A stretch of 64,000 nt of DNA from Candidatus Cloacimonadales bacterium (lineage in GTDB: Bacteria > Cloacimonadota > Cloacimonadia > Cloacimonadales > JAFGVF01). Positions 44,001 to 52,860 of this stretch are shown here, piece by piece (the first letter of the stretch is position 1; each line of letters starts with the position of its first letter). The stretch is taken from the NCBI GenBank assembly GCA_963667035.1, contig OY762964.1:3038114-3102113 (forward strand), in the 5' to 3' direction. The notes beneath the pieces were generated by a model. That model was not told the origin of the DNA. It was given only the letters and a program-made list of their open reading frames with translations, and did not search any database. The translations under genes were made by a program, and so were the position numbers.

Positions 44001-46856
44001 CCGGAGATTCCAACAGATAAAACCTCTTTCAGATTGAAAGAGATTGGTAATTACACTTCGAAAATGGATTTGGTGTTTAATGCTGAAGAGTTCTCGGATG
44101 AAATGGAGTGCTGGTTTGAGTTTGATGAAAGCCTTTATGACGAATCATTAATTGAGAGAATGTGTGAGCATTTTCAGAATGCTATGGATACTGTATTAAG
44201 TAATCCTGAAATACAGATTAAAGATATTGGAATTATAGGAAAGATAGAGGGGAATAAGCTTCTCATTGAGGGGCAGGGTCCTAGACGTGATTATCCTTTA
44301 GATAAAACTTACATTGAGTTATTGAATAATTCTTTTGTGAATTATCCCGATAATATTGCTTTGAAACAAGAGAACACAAGTTACACATATAAAGAGTTTA
44401 TGAGCAGAATAGAAGTTTTCACTTCTATATTACTAAGCGAGGGTGTAAAGAAAGGTGATGTCGTGGGGATATGTATGGACAGAACCCCTGAAACCATTAT
44501 CTCCATAATGTCAGTCATCAATTCCGGTTGTGCTTATTTGCCTATTAATCCTACTTATCCGCAAGATAGACTAAAGAACATGTTGAAACTAGCTAATGTA
44601 AAATTAGTTATCTCCACTGATAAATACAAAGATTTGCTTGCTATTTTTGACGGTAAGATTATCAAATATCAGGCAGACAATCAGCGAGTTGATATCGAAA
44701 ACAGCAATTTAGCATTACTAAAACCCGAAGATCCCGCTTATGTAATTTTTACATCCGGTTCTACCGGAACACCCAAAGGTATCAGTGTTTCTCATAGTAA
44801 TCTTATTAATCATAATTACTCTTTTATGGAGAAACTTAATCTCAATGAGCAAGATAATGTGCTACAGTTTGGAAATCTAAGTTTTGACCTTTCAATAGAA
44901 GAGATATTCCCAACTTTCTTATGTGGAGCAACTCTAGTTTTGAGAACAGAAAAGATGGTTAGCTCATTTACCGATGCGATGCAGTTTATCGAGGATGAAC
45001 AAATATCAATTCTGGATATCCCTACTGCTTATTGGCATGAGATGGTCTATGATCTAGATAAGAACCCGTTACCTAAATCGGTTAGAGTTGTGATAATCGG
45101 AGGAGAAAAAGCTGCATCGGAAGTTTATGATATTTGGGCAAAGAGTGTAAAGCAGGATATCACACTTTTGAACACATACGGCCCTACCGAAACTACCATT
45201 ATTGCTACTTGGCAGGATGCTTCCACAAATACGGGAGGGGATTTCCTGATAGGTAAACCTCTTCCCAATACTAATGTATATGTCCTTGATGATGACATGC
45301 AAATGCTACCTCAAGGAGTTCCGGGAGAACTTCATATTGGTGGAGCCCAGGTTGCTATAGGCTACATTGGGCAGTCAGAATTAACCAATAGAGTTTTTCT
45401 TAATCACAAATTCTCAGGTAATGTCAAAGACCGTATATATAAAACCGGTGATATAGTCAGATTCAATTCAGAAGGTTCATTAGAGTTTATGGGAAGAAAG
45501 GACTTTCAGGTTAAGATTAGAGGGCATAGAATTGAACCGGAAGAAGTTGAAGCAAATATAAGGAAACTCAACTCAGTTAGAGATTCAGTAGTTTTAACTG
45601 TAAAGGACAGTAGTGAGTTAAAACTGGTTGCATATTATATCTCTGAATCAGGAGAAAATATTAGCATATCTGATTTGAATAGAGATTTAGAAGCTCTGTT
45701 ACCTAAATACATGATTCCTCATCTGTATGTAAGAATGGATGAATTCCCCCACACTTCGACCGGTAAAATTGATAGAAAGGGTTTTCCCGCTCCTGATTTC
45801 AATGTCGTTGCAAGTAATGATAAGAGATTACCATATACTCCTGACCAAGAGCTTATATGTAATATTATAGCTGATGTTTTAGGATTGGAATCAGTTGGTA
45901 TTAATGAAAACTTCTTTGAGTTGGGTGGAAACTCCATTCTTAGTATGAAAGTTATCAATCAGATTGGTAAAGCGGGTCTGCTAATAAGCATTAACGATTT
46001 ATTCCATCACAAAGATATTGAAGACTTATCCACGAAAGTAAGTCTTAAAGAAGCAAAAGGTAATACTTTCGGTAGTTTCTCTATGATTGAGTTACAACGA
46101 GGTTCTAAGGATAGAGCTCCTCTTTATCTACTTCATTCTTTACCGGGAGATTTACTTGGTTATGTTAACCTTATCCGATATTTAGATAGGAAACAACCGA
46201 TATACGGACTTCAAGCATTAGGTTTATTCGACGAAGCAAAGGCTCATACATCTGTTGAAGAGATGGCACAATACTATGTTGATTTAATCAAGAAGCATTG
46301 TCCTGATAAGAAACTATATCTGGGAGGTTGGTGCTTTGGAGGTAATGTTGCTTATGAAATGGCAAGGTTACTTGAAGCAGACGGATTTGCTATTCCTAAT
46401 CTCTTTATGATAGAATCATGGGTAAAGAGACCTCGTGGAGTGCTGGGATTCCGTTATTTTATGTACAATGCCAAATGCCTGATAAAGATGTTCCCTATGG
46501 GTATGATTAAATATGTAAAAGCAAAGCTTACTGCCAGAAAAGAGTATGAGAAACTTGTATGTAATCATATTCAGTTTCTTGATCAAGGCTTGTTTGCCAA
46601 TAGAACTGCAGTACGCTTAAAGAACATTGACGCTATTCTGGCTTATCGTATGAGAGCATATAATGGTAAAATAATTCTATTTTCTGCATTACATCAAGAT
46701 GTCCCTCTTGTTCATGATACCACTCTTGGTTGGCCATCCATTACCCAATTGCTTGATATTACACTTGTTGAAGCTACTCATGACTCAATCTTGAAAGAAC
46801 CTGCTGTAAAAGTGGTTGCAAATAAAATGAATGAAGTTCTTGCTTCATCAGATTAG
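41067..46856 (+). CDS. Two-module non-ribosomal peptide synthetase A-T-C-A-T-TE
   Basis: A domains (FTSGSTGRPKG, YGPAE/YGPTE, YKTGD, QVKIRG); T domains GGHSL and GGNSI; C domain HHIITDG; TE with GWCFGG and a C-terminal His (THDSIL). Confidence 0.95.
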   Translation: MGKHKMDYKLYHQINETDSNFDLDRTIHSYYEENAQNIPDYIALVEGNESITYKELNIRANRIAHQLIESGLAIEEPVAVYLPRGIDFTACMIAVMKAGGCFVALETTLPLARIKTIMDDLSTPFILSDRKNFTAIETISEKYLLISDDEKQYSEENPIIDVKPNNLAYMIFTSGSTGRPKGVQIEHLNLVNLELWTGSQLDLPKGARVTQTAKVSFDASMWEFWCSLVNGYTMYFLPHEIELDFNRLQEWLKENRIVSCFLPTPVTEMFIEVYNGGCPELKHICAGGDKLHVKPKPELGVKLFNLYGPAECAVISIACKVEAEDTLHVIPPVGVPIANCKAYILDENKQLVPPGEVGEIYIGGKCVGRGYFGRDDLTEQAFFNGEDYGLPVGRIYKTGDLGKLSIEDGQYECLGRVDNQVKIRGYRIELGEIESTLANRKDINQCVAILKQNPSSEKVIVAYYSSKSSETSQSELKEYLTGLLPEYMVPEYYVKMEQFPLTHNHKIDRNILPDPDWKVSRKSNIVREAFKNQTEENIAQIWREVLKIEELGRSDDFYELGGHSLKAGMIVTRLHNRFNYTISLKDLLLNTTIAKLSELVKKSDVPHEEHILEKVDRNENGFPITYGQQGLWHYWQLDPKRIDYNIPLRIDIHGELSRDALKQTLEFLVGRYESLHTRFDNFEDEVRQFVNDEFAIDIPFDDLSNEALEEKEYKLQRIIKRIGKTRFDLREGNLYVFRLVKTSDTDSVLLMTIHHIITDGWSMGMFMSEFYKTYDAYLNSAEPQLEEVLFQPIDYAVWERRGNPKEKYPQQLDYWQKSLTPFPEDIELPKKQNYVIDDKHKGVRKWWHVKGERYRKLREFCNRFECSSFVAMMTILDVVLYKYTKQKDIVVGSPYANRNHTDKENIFGLTTNLLAHRLHIDSSKSFTTHLAILNETCTSNYCNSDYPFDQLIKDLGYQSHGNKHPLFQVMMVYQNYPLPEIPTDKTSFRLKEIGNYTSKMDLVFNAEEFSDEMECWFEFDESLYDESLIERMCEHFQNAMDTVLSNPEIQIKDIGIIGKIEGNKLLIEGQGPRRDYPLDKTYIELLNNSFVNYPDNIALKQENTSYTYKEFMSRIEVFTSILLSEGVKKGDVVGICMDRTPETIISIMSVINSGCAYLPINPTYPQDRLKNMLKLANVKLVISTDKYKDLLAIFDGKIIKYQADNQRVDIENSNLALLKPEDPAYVIFTSGSTGTPKGISVSHSNLINHNYSFMEKLNLNEQDNVLQFGNLSFDLSIEEIFPTFLCGATLVLRTEKMVSSFTDAMQFIEDEQISILDIPTAYWHEMVYDLDKNPLPKSVRVVIIGGEKAASEVYDIWAKSVKQDITLLNTYGPTETTIIATWQDASTNTGGDFLIGKPLPNTNVYVLDDDMQMLPQGVPGELHIGGAQVAIGYIGQSELTNRVFLNHKFSGNVKDRIYKTGDIVRFNSEGSLEFMGRKDFQVKIRGHRIEPEEVEANIRKLNSVRDSVVLTVKDSSELKLVAYYISESGENISISDLNRDLEALLPKYMIPHLYVRMDEFPHTSTGKIDRKGFPAPDFNVVASNDKRLPYTPDQELICNIIADVLGLESVGINENFFELGGNSILSMKVINQIGKAGLLISINDLFHHKDIEDLSTKVSLKEAKGNTFGSFSMIELQRGSKDRAPLYLLHSLPGDLLGYVNLIRYLDRKQPIYGLQALGLFDEAKAHTSVEEMAQYYVDLIKKHCPDKKLYLGGWCFGGNVAYEMARLLEADGFAIPNLFMIESWVKRPRGVLGFRYFMYNAKCLIKMFPMGMIKYVKAKLTARKEYEKLVCNHIQFLDQGLFANRTAVRLKNIDAILAYRMRAYNGKIILFSALHQDVPLVHDTTLGWPSITQLLDITLVEATHDSILKEPAVKVVANKMNEVLASSD

Positions 46857-46910
46857 AGTTTTAGCCTTGATTGATTCAGACAAAATACCATTTCAAGAAG
46901 AGAAAGGATA

Positions 46911-49034
46911 ATGAAGACTTTAACTGATATACAGATAGATAATAAGATAAAAAGCCTTATTGCGAACATGACAATAGAGGAGAAGATTTCTCAAATGGTT
47001 CATGCTTCGCAGGCTATAGACAGACTTAACATACCTGCTTATAATTGGTGGAATGAGTGTCTTCACGGTGTAGCCAGAGCAGGTACAGCAACAGTTTTCC
47101 CTCAAGCCATAGGTATGGCTGCTACATTTAACAGAGCGTTAATACACGAAGTAGCTACAGCAATCTCGGATGAAGCAAGGGCAAAATATAATAGCTTCAA
47201 AGAACAGAATGATCATGGAGGGTATAAAGGCTTAACATTTTGGTCTCCAAACATTAATATCTTCAGAGATCCCAGGTGGGGAAGAGGTCACGAAACTTAT
47301 GGTGAAGACCCATTCCTGACAGGAGAAATGGGTCTTGAGTTTGTGAAGGGACTACAGGGTGATAATCCGGACTTTCTTAAAACAATAGCAACTCCCAAAC
47401 ATCTAGCTGTTCATTCAGGTCCTGAAGTAATTCGTCATTCTTTCAATGTAGATGTAAACCATAAAGACTTGTGGGAGACATATCTACCTGCATTTGAGAA
47501 GTGTGTTGTTGATGCTCAAGCTTATTCGGTGATGGGAGCTTATAACAGATTGTACGGAGTTCCTGCATGTGCCAGTTCATTTCTTTTAGAGGATATTCTT
47601 AGAACAAAATGGGGTTTTGAAGGATATGTAGTTTCGGATTGTGGAGCAATATGTGATTTTCATCAGTTCCATAAAGTCACAAACTCACCGGAGGAATCTG
47701 CGGCATTGGCAGTAAACAACGGATGTGACCTAAACTGCGGGAACACATATAATGGGCTATTGAAAGCTTATCATGAGGGAATGGTTAAAGAAGAGGTTCT
47801 TGATAAATCCGTTATTCGTTTGCTAAGAGCAAGATATAAACTTGGCATGTTCGAAGAACAAGGAGTGCCGGAGTATGACGGTATACCTTATAGTGTAGTT
47901 AGCTCAAAGAAACATCATGAACTGGCTATTGAGACTGCCAGACAATCAATTGTGCTTCTTAAAAATAGGAATAACACATTACCGTTATCCGGAGATTTGA
48001 GATCAATAGCAGTGATCGGTCCTAATGCTGATAGTCGTAAAGCTCTTATCGGTAATTATTACGGTACTCCGGATAGATGGATAACTCCTTTACAAGGAAT
48101 TATCAATGCAGTTGGAGAAGACACTAGAGTTAACTATGCAGAGGGATGTCATCTCTTTGAGATTCCGGAGACTAAGAGTAAAGAAGAGGTGATATCGGAA
48201 GCACTCATTGTCGCAAAAGAGTCTGATGTTGTATTATTGTTTCTCGGATTAGATGCAGAAATCGAAGGAGAAGCCGGAGATGCCTACAATTCAGATGCAG
48301 GCGGAGATAAAGTTAATCTACAGCTACCCGGATTACAACAAGAGTTATTGGAAGCAGTTGCTAAAGTTGGGAAACCTGTTATCTTAAATCTTATTAGTGG
48401 CAGTGCTTTAGCTGTAAAATGGGCTCATGAGAATGTTGACGCCATACTTCAGTGTTGGTATCCCGGACCGGAAGCCGGTAAAGCAATAGCTGACATTATT
48501 TTTGGAGAATATTCACCTTCAGGTAGACTTCCAGTTACTTTTGTAAATTCTGTTAATGATCTACCTCCATTTGATGATTATTCAATGAAAAACAGAACAT
48601 ATAAATATATTGAGAGCAAACCGTTGTATCCTTTTGGCTATGGCTTATCATATAGTAATTTTATCTATTCCAACCTTAGTTTCACTAAAACAGGGTTTAC
48701 AAAGGAAGATTTAATCGAGTTCTCGGTTGATATCACTTCGGACTACTCAAAGGTTGCCCGGGAAGTTGTACAAGTCTATTTTAAAAACAATGATTCACAA
48801 TACATTGTCCCAAGCTTCCAGCTCATTGATTTTAAAAGCTTGTTAATTGAACACGGTAAGTTTAAGCGAGTTCAGTTTAGGATTCCGGTAAGCAGATTAA
48901 GCAGTTTCAATAGTAAAGGAGAGAAGGTCTTGGAACCTGGTAATTATACTATTTACGTAGGTGGAAGTCAACCTGACGAGAGAAGTCTGGAGCTAACAGG
49001 TGTAAAGCCTAAGCGAGTAGAAATCACATTATAG
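46911..49034 (+). CDS. GH3 beta-glucosidase/beta-xylosidase, no signal peptide
   Basis: WWNECLHG, RDPRWGRGHETYGEDP, KH, SDC nucleophile, PFGYGLSY, FN3 tail. Confidence 0.93.
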   Translation: MKTLTDIQIDNKIKSLIANMTIEEKISQMVHASQAIDRLNIPAYNWWNECLHGVARAGTATVFPQAIGMAATFNRALIHEVATAISDEARAKYNSFKEQNDHGGYKGLTFWSPNINIFRDPRWGRGHETYGEDPFLTGEMGLEFVKGLQGDNPDFLKTIATPKHLAVHSGPEVIRHSFNVDVNHKDLWETYLPAFEKCVVDAQAYSVMGAYNRLYGVPACASSFLLEDILRTKWGFEGYVVSDCGAICDFHQFHKVTNSPEESAALAVNNGCDLNCGNTYNGLLKAYHEGMVKEEVLDKSVIRLLRARYKLGMFEEQGVPEYDGIPYSVVSSKKHHELAIETARQSIVLLKNRNNTLPLSGDLRSIAVIGPNADSRKALIGNYYGTPDRWITPLQGIINAVGEDTRVNYAEGCHLFEIPETKSKEEVISEALIVAKESDVVLLFLGLDAEIEGEAGDAYNSDAGGDKVNLQLPGLQQELLEAVAKVGKPVILNLISGSALAVKWAHENVDAILQCWYPGPEAGKAIADIIFGEYSPSGRLPVTFVNSVNDLPPFDDYSMKNRTYKYIESKPLYPFGYGLSYSNFIYSNLSFTKTGFTKEDLIEFSVDITSDYSKVAREVVQVYFKNNDSQYIVPSFQLIDFKSLLIEHGKFKRVQFRIPVSRLSSFNSKGEKVLEPGNYTIYVGGSQPDERSLELTGVKPKRVEITL

Positions 49035-49184
49035 AGGGAGAGGCTAGGAAAGAAGCTTTATTAATCTTTTCATGTTGGGTATAATCATATTCTTTACAAA
49101 GGTTTTATTGCTAGATTAGAGAAGATAAGGTATATCTCTACCACAATAACAGAAAGATTTAATAACCCCTTTATGTTCCAATTA

Positions 49185-49303
49185 AACACACGGGACTTAC
49201 TCGGGAATCTCACGGGACTCACTCGGGAATAACTCGGGGCTTTGCCCGAGAAATTCCCTAGATAATCCCCAAAGAATCCCGTCCGGTTCCCGAGTATTGA
49301 ATT
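49185..49303. repeat. 11-bp periodic palindromic element, copy 3
   Basis: AACACA + 4 left units + CGGGGCTTTG CCCGAGAAATT + right units ending CCCGAGTATTGAATT. Confidence 0.85.
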
Positions 49304-49617
49304 AGTTCGCAGTAGCCGCTTTGAAGTCTTGTAATAAATCAGATAAAAATCCGGGAAGTAAGAGAGCTAATAGCTCAAACAATAATATACCATTTTACTA
49401 ATTGTTGTTACTCCAAAATAAATTCATGCATTTAAGGGATACAAGCGAACAACTAAATTTGCTTGAAATGCTTTTGATTAGAACAAAATTCTTTAGTAGA
49501 AATATTGAAACTTTATCATGAATTCTTATTATACCCCATAGAGAAGTAAATTGTTACTGTAAAATTGAATAATATAATAGACTTGACAGTGTTAGTAGAG
49601 AGTATTTAATATAAGCT

Positions 49618-49911
49618 ATGTTTAGTAATCATAAAAAACCAATAACCTATGAACTAGTCGTCTCAGGTAAAGTACAGGGGGTCGGGTACCGATGGTATAT
49701 AAGATCCGAAGCCCAGAAATACGGATTCAAGGGAAGAGTAAGAAATCTCTACGATGGGACGGTGAGAATTCTTGTTCAAGGGGATGAAGCACAGCTTGAA
49801 GCGTTCATTGATAGCTTGAAATTCGGGAATGGATACAGTACGGTTAAATCGATTACTAAATCTGTATTGCATACAGAGAAGACTTTTGGAGGATTCAGGA
49901 TTGAACATTAA
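49618..49911 (+). CDS. acyP: Acylphosphatase
   Basis: VSGKVQGVGYR and GRVRNLYDGTV motifs. Confidence 0.92.
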   Translation: MFSNHKKPITYELVVSGKVQGVGYRWYIRSEAQKYGFKGRVRNLYDGTVRILVQGDEAQLEAFIDSLKFGNGYSTVKSITKSVLHTEKTFGGFRIEH

Positions 49912-50917
49912 ATCTTTTGTAGTAATCATAACATTAACAGCTATGTCTTTGCAGGTGTTTGCAGAGAGAACTCATAAAGTAGTAAAAGGTGAAACTCTTT
50001 ATAGGATTAGTAAGCAGTACGATTTAACCGTAAGAGAGTTAAGAGAGAAGAATCATTTAATCGGGAATGAGATTTCTCCCGGTCAGATATTACAAATACC
50101 TGATCCTATTGCAACATTGAAGCCAAGAGTCCGGACCTATCCTCGTAAAGATATTCCTGCGGAAGGTTATCACTCGGTACAAGAAGGAGATACTCTCTTT
50201 AGAATATCGAAGATGTATGATGTTCTGATAACTGATATTCTCGATTTTAATGAACTTGAAAATTCCTATATAACCGAAGGACAGAAAATCTGGTTAGTAG
50301 CCAAAGATAAACCGGAGAAGAAACCGGCTGTAGTTTACAAAGTGAAGAAAGGCGATACAATCTCGAAGATTAGCCGAGAATATGGTGTCACAGTTAATGA
50401 AATTAAGCAAAAAAATAATCTTAAAAACAATAATATTTATATAGGGCAGAAACTTGTAATCGGAGAAGGAAAACTTCCTAAGGATACGGGTATTCCTGCC
50501 ATCCAAAAAAAGAATCCTACATTCACGAGAACTGACTTATTGATACCTACAGATGGAATAGTTACTTCTGAGTTCGGAATTAGAAATAACGTCCCTCACA
50601 AAGGTATAGATTTCGGTGCTCCTTATGGAACTCCAATTATTGCCGTTACTGATGGAACCGTAATCTTTGAAGGAATGCAAAGAGGATACGGAAATGTTAT
50701 CGTACTTGAACATGCTAACAATGTCATGACTGTTTATGCTCATAATGAGAAGAATCTAGTTTCCTTAGGTGCGAAAGTAAAAAAGGGTGAACAGATAGCA
50801 ACAGTAGGAGCTACAGGTAATTCAACAGCTCCTCATCTGCATTTTGAGTATCGCATTAAAGGCAAAGCAGTTAACCCTAGGGAAGTGTTAACAGGTTTAC
50901 CTTCAATTGAGAAATAA
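49901..50917 (+). CDS. LysM x3 + M23 peptidase (NlpD-like)
   Basis: TTG start 49901 after GGAGG gives a signal peptide; three LysM repeats; HKGID, YAHN, HLHFE zinc motifs. Confidence 0.9.
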   Translation: MNIKSFVVIITLTAMSLQVFAERTHKVVKGETLYRISKQYDLTVRELREKNHLIGNEISPGQILQIPDPIATLKPRVRTYPRKDIPAEGYHSVQEGDTLFRISKMYDVLITDILDFNELENSYITEGQKIWLVAKDKPEKKPAVVYKVKKGDTISKISREYGVTVNEIKQKNNLKNNNIYIGQKLVIGEGKLPKDTGIPAIQKKNPTFTRTDLLIPTDGIVTSEFGIRNNVPHKGIDFGAPYGTPIIAVTDGTVIFEGMQRGYGNVIVLEHANNVMTVYAHNEKNLVSLGAKVKKGEQIATVGATGNSTAPHLHFEYRIKGKAVNPREVLTGLPSIEK

Positions 50918-51038
50918 TAAAAGAAAAGAGAAAAAATATTTGGCATCGTAAGTAAATACTCTATAATATTTGTAGGAATTAATTCTACGAGAGTAGAGAA
51001 AATTGACAATAAATTTAAACATGTGGCAAGAGGTATTT

Positions 51039-51893
51039 ATGGAAAACGTATTTGAAGACAAAGCATTACAACAGTATCTGAAGGACATTTCTACATATGA
51101 ATCCCTCTCCAAAGAAGAGGAATACGAATACGCTATAAAGGCTAAGAATGGGGATCAGAAAGCTATTGATAAACTAATCCAATCCAACTTAAAGTTTGTA
51201 GTAAAGATTGCTGCTCGTTATCAAGGTCGTGGATTAAGTTTATCCGAATTGATTAGCGAAGGAAACATTGGCTTAATCAAAGCTCTTGAGAAATTTGACC
51301 CCAGTAAAGATATAAAGCTTATTTCTTACGGTATCTGGTGGATAAAGCAGCGTATTATGCAGGCTGTTGCAGAAAAAAGCTCAATGATAAGAGTCCCACT
51401 TGGAAAAGTTAACACTTACAATAAAATAAAAGCTACCAGAGAAAAGATTTTTAACGAAACCGGTGAAGTTGTCTCAAACAATGAACTGGAAGAGCTAACA
51501 AACATCAAGAGTAGTGCAATTGAATCTATCTCAAGACAAGTTCGCTCAACACTTTCTTTAGACGAAACTGCTGATAGTCTAGGCTCAGGCGATGTGTCTA
51601 TAGGTGATTATATCACAGCCGATGAGACCTATGAACCGGAAGCAGTGTTTAGAAGTGAGCAATTACAAAAAAACATTGACAATGCGATAAAAAAACTGGA
51701 TAGACGTGAATCATATATATTAAAAGCCTATTTTGGATTGGAAGATACCGAGAGCAGGAATTTTGCTAGTATTGCAGATGAAATGAATCTCTCTCGTGAA
51801 AGAGTCAGACAAATTCAAAAAGAGGCCCTTAAGAAGATCTTGAAGGATATAACTCCTAAAAGTGATTCCGACACTTCTCTGATGTTTATATAA
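51039..51893 (+). CDS. Sigma-70 family sigma factor (RpoD/RpoS-like, no region 1.1)
   Basis: YLKDI, NLKFVVKIA, LISEGNIGLIKA..KFD, WWIKQ, SRERVRQI; ATG 51039 after GAGG. Confidence 0.9.
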   Translation: MENVFEDKALQQYLKDISTYESLSKEEEYEYAIKAKNGDQKAIDKLIQSNLKFVVKIAARYQGRGLSLSELISEGNIGLIKALEKFDPSKDIKLISYGIWWIKQRIMQAVAEKSSMIRVPLGKVNTYNKIKATREKIFNETGEVVSNNELEELTNIKSSAIESISRQVRSTLSLDETADSLGSGDVSIGDYITADETYEPEAVFRSEQLQKNIDNAIKKLDRRESYILKAYFGLEDTESRNFASIADEMNLSRERVRQIQKEALKKILKDITPKSDSDTSLMFI

Positions 51894-51914
51894 AATAATA
51901 GATGGAGGAATAAT

Positions 51915-52814
51915 ATGATTCGCAATTTTGACGAGATGCTCGCCAAAGCCAGAGAATTATCCGGGAAAAGAGTATTGGTTGCAGGAGCCCAGACACCTTC
52001 AGCAATCGAAGCCTCTATTCTTGCTAAAGAAGAAGGATTTGCCGAAAGTACTTTGATTGGTGATAAAGAGGCAATCCAAACTATTATAAAAGAAAAGTTC
52101 CCAAAATACATTGATGCTTTTGAGATTATCGATACCGGTGCTGATTTAAAGAAAGCTTGTGCTGAAACAGTAAGATTGGCTAAAGAAGGTAAAGGCGATA
52201 TAATTCTTAAAGGCAAAGCAGACTCAGCTTTAATTTTAAAGGCTGCTCTTGATAAAGAAAATGGTGTAAGGATTAGTGAAGTTATTTCAGACGTGTTTGC
52301 TTATGAACACCCTGAGAGAGTTATCCTGATGACTGACGGTGGAATTAACCTTTTACCGGAATTAAAAGAAAAAGTAGCAATCATAAACAATGCCGTTAAA
52401 GTTGCTCATGCCTTTGAATGTCCTAATCCAAAGGTAGCACTACTTGCAGCTGTTGAGAAAGTAAATCCTAAAATGCCGTGTACAGTTGATGCTGCTATCA
52501 TTTCAAAAATGAATGCTCGCGGACAAATAAAAGGATGTGTTGTTGACGGTCCTTTGGCTTTTGATAACGCAATTGATGAAGAAGCTGCAAGAATTAAGGG
52601 TATTGAATCTGAAGTTGCCGGAAAAGCTGACATCTTGATTGTTCCTAATATTGAGGCCGGTAACATTTTCGGAAAGCTCTTAACATATTACTGTAATTAT
52701 AGGATTGCTCATATTGTAATGGGTACTAAGGTCCCAATTTTAATACCTTCCAGAGCTGATACAGGTGAAACAAAGATGCTTTGTATTGCTATGGCAGTTT
52801 TAGCAACAAAATAA
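51915..52814 (+). CDS. ptb: Phosphate butyryltransferase / phosphate acyltransferase
   Basis: LKG, TDGGIN, AAVEKVNPKM, DGPLAFDNAI, PNIEAGN, SRAD. Confidence 0.85.
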   Translation: MIRNFDEMLAKARELSGKRVLVAGAQTPSAIEASILAKEEGFAESTLIGDKEAIQTIIKEKFPKYIDAFEIIDTGADLKKACAETVRLAKEGKGDIILKGKADSALILKAALDKENGVRISEVISDVFAYEHPERVILMTDGGINLLPELKEKVAIINNAVKVAHAFECPNPKVALLAAVEKVNPKMPCTVDAAIISKMNARGQIKGCVVDGPLAFDNAIDEEAARIKGIESEVAGKADILIVPNIEAGNIFGKLLTYYCNYRIAHIVMGTKVPILIPSRADTGETKMLCIAMAVLATK

Positions 52815-52828
52815 AATAAGAAGTATTT

Positions 52829-52856
52829 AGGGGGGGGAGTATTCTCCCCTTTTTTT
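52829..52856 (+). terminator. Rho-independent terminator
   Basis: GGGGAG-TATT-CTCCCC + T7. Confidence 0.75.
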
Positions 52857-52860
52857 ATTT

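Noticed and set aside
49058..49165. TTATTAATCTTT / AAAGATTTAATAA inverted repeat after the GH3 gene
   Set aside because: Short, imperfect and almost entirely A/T; likely chance in this composition.
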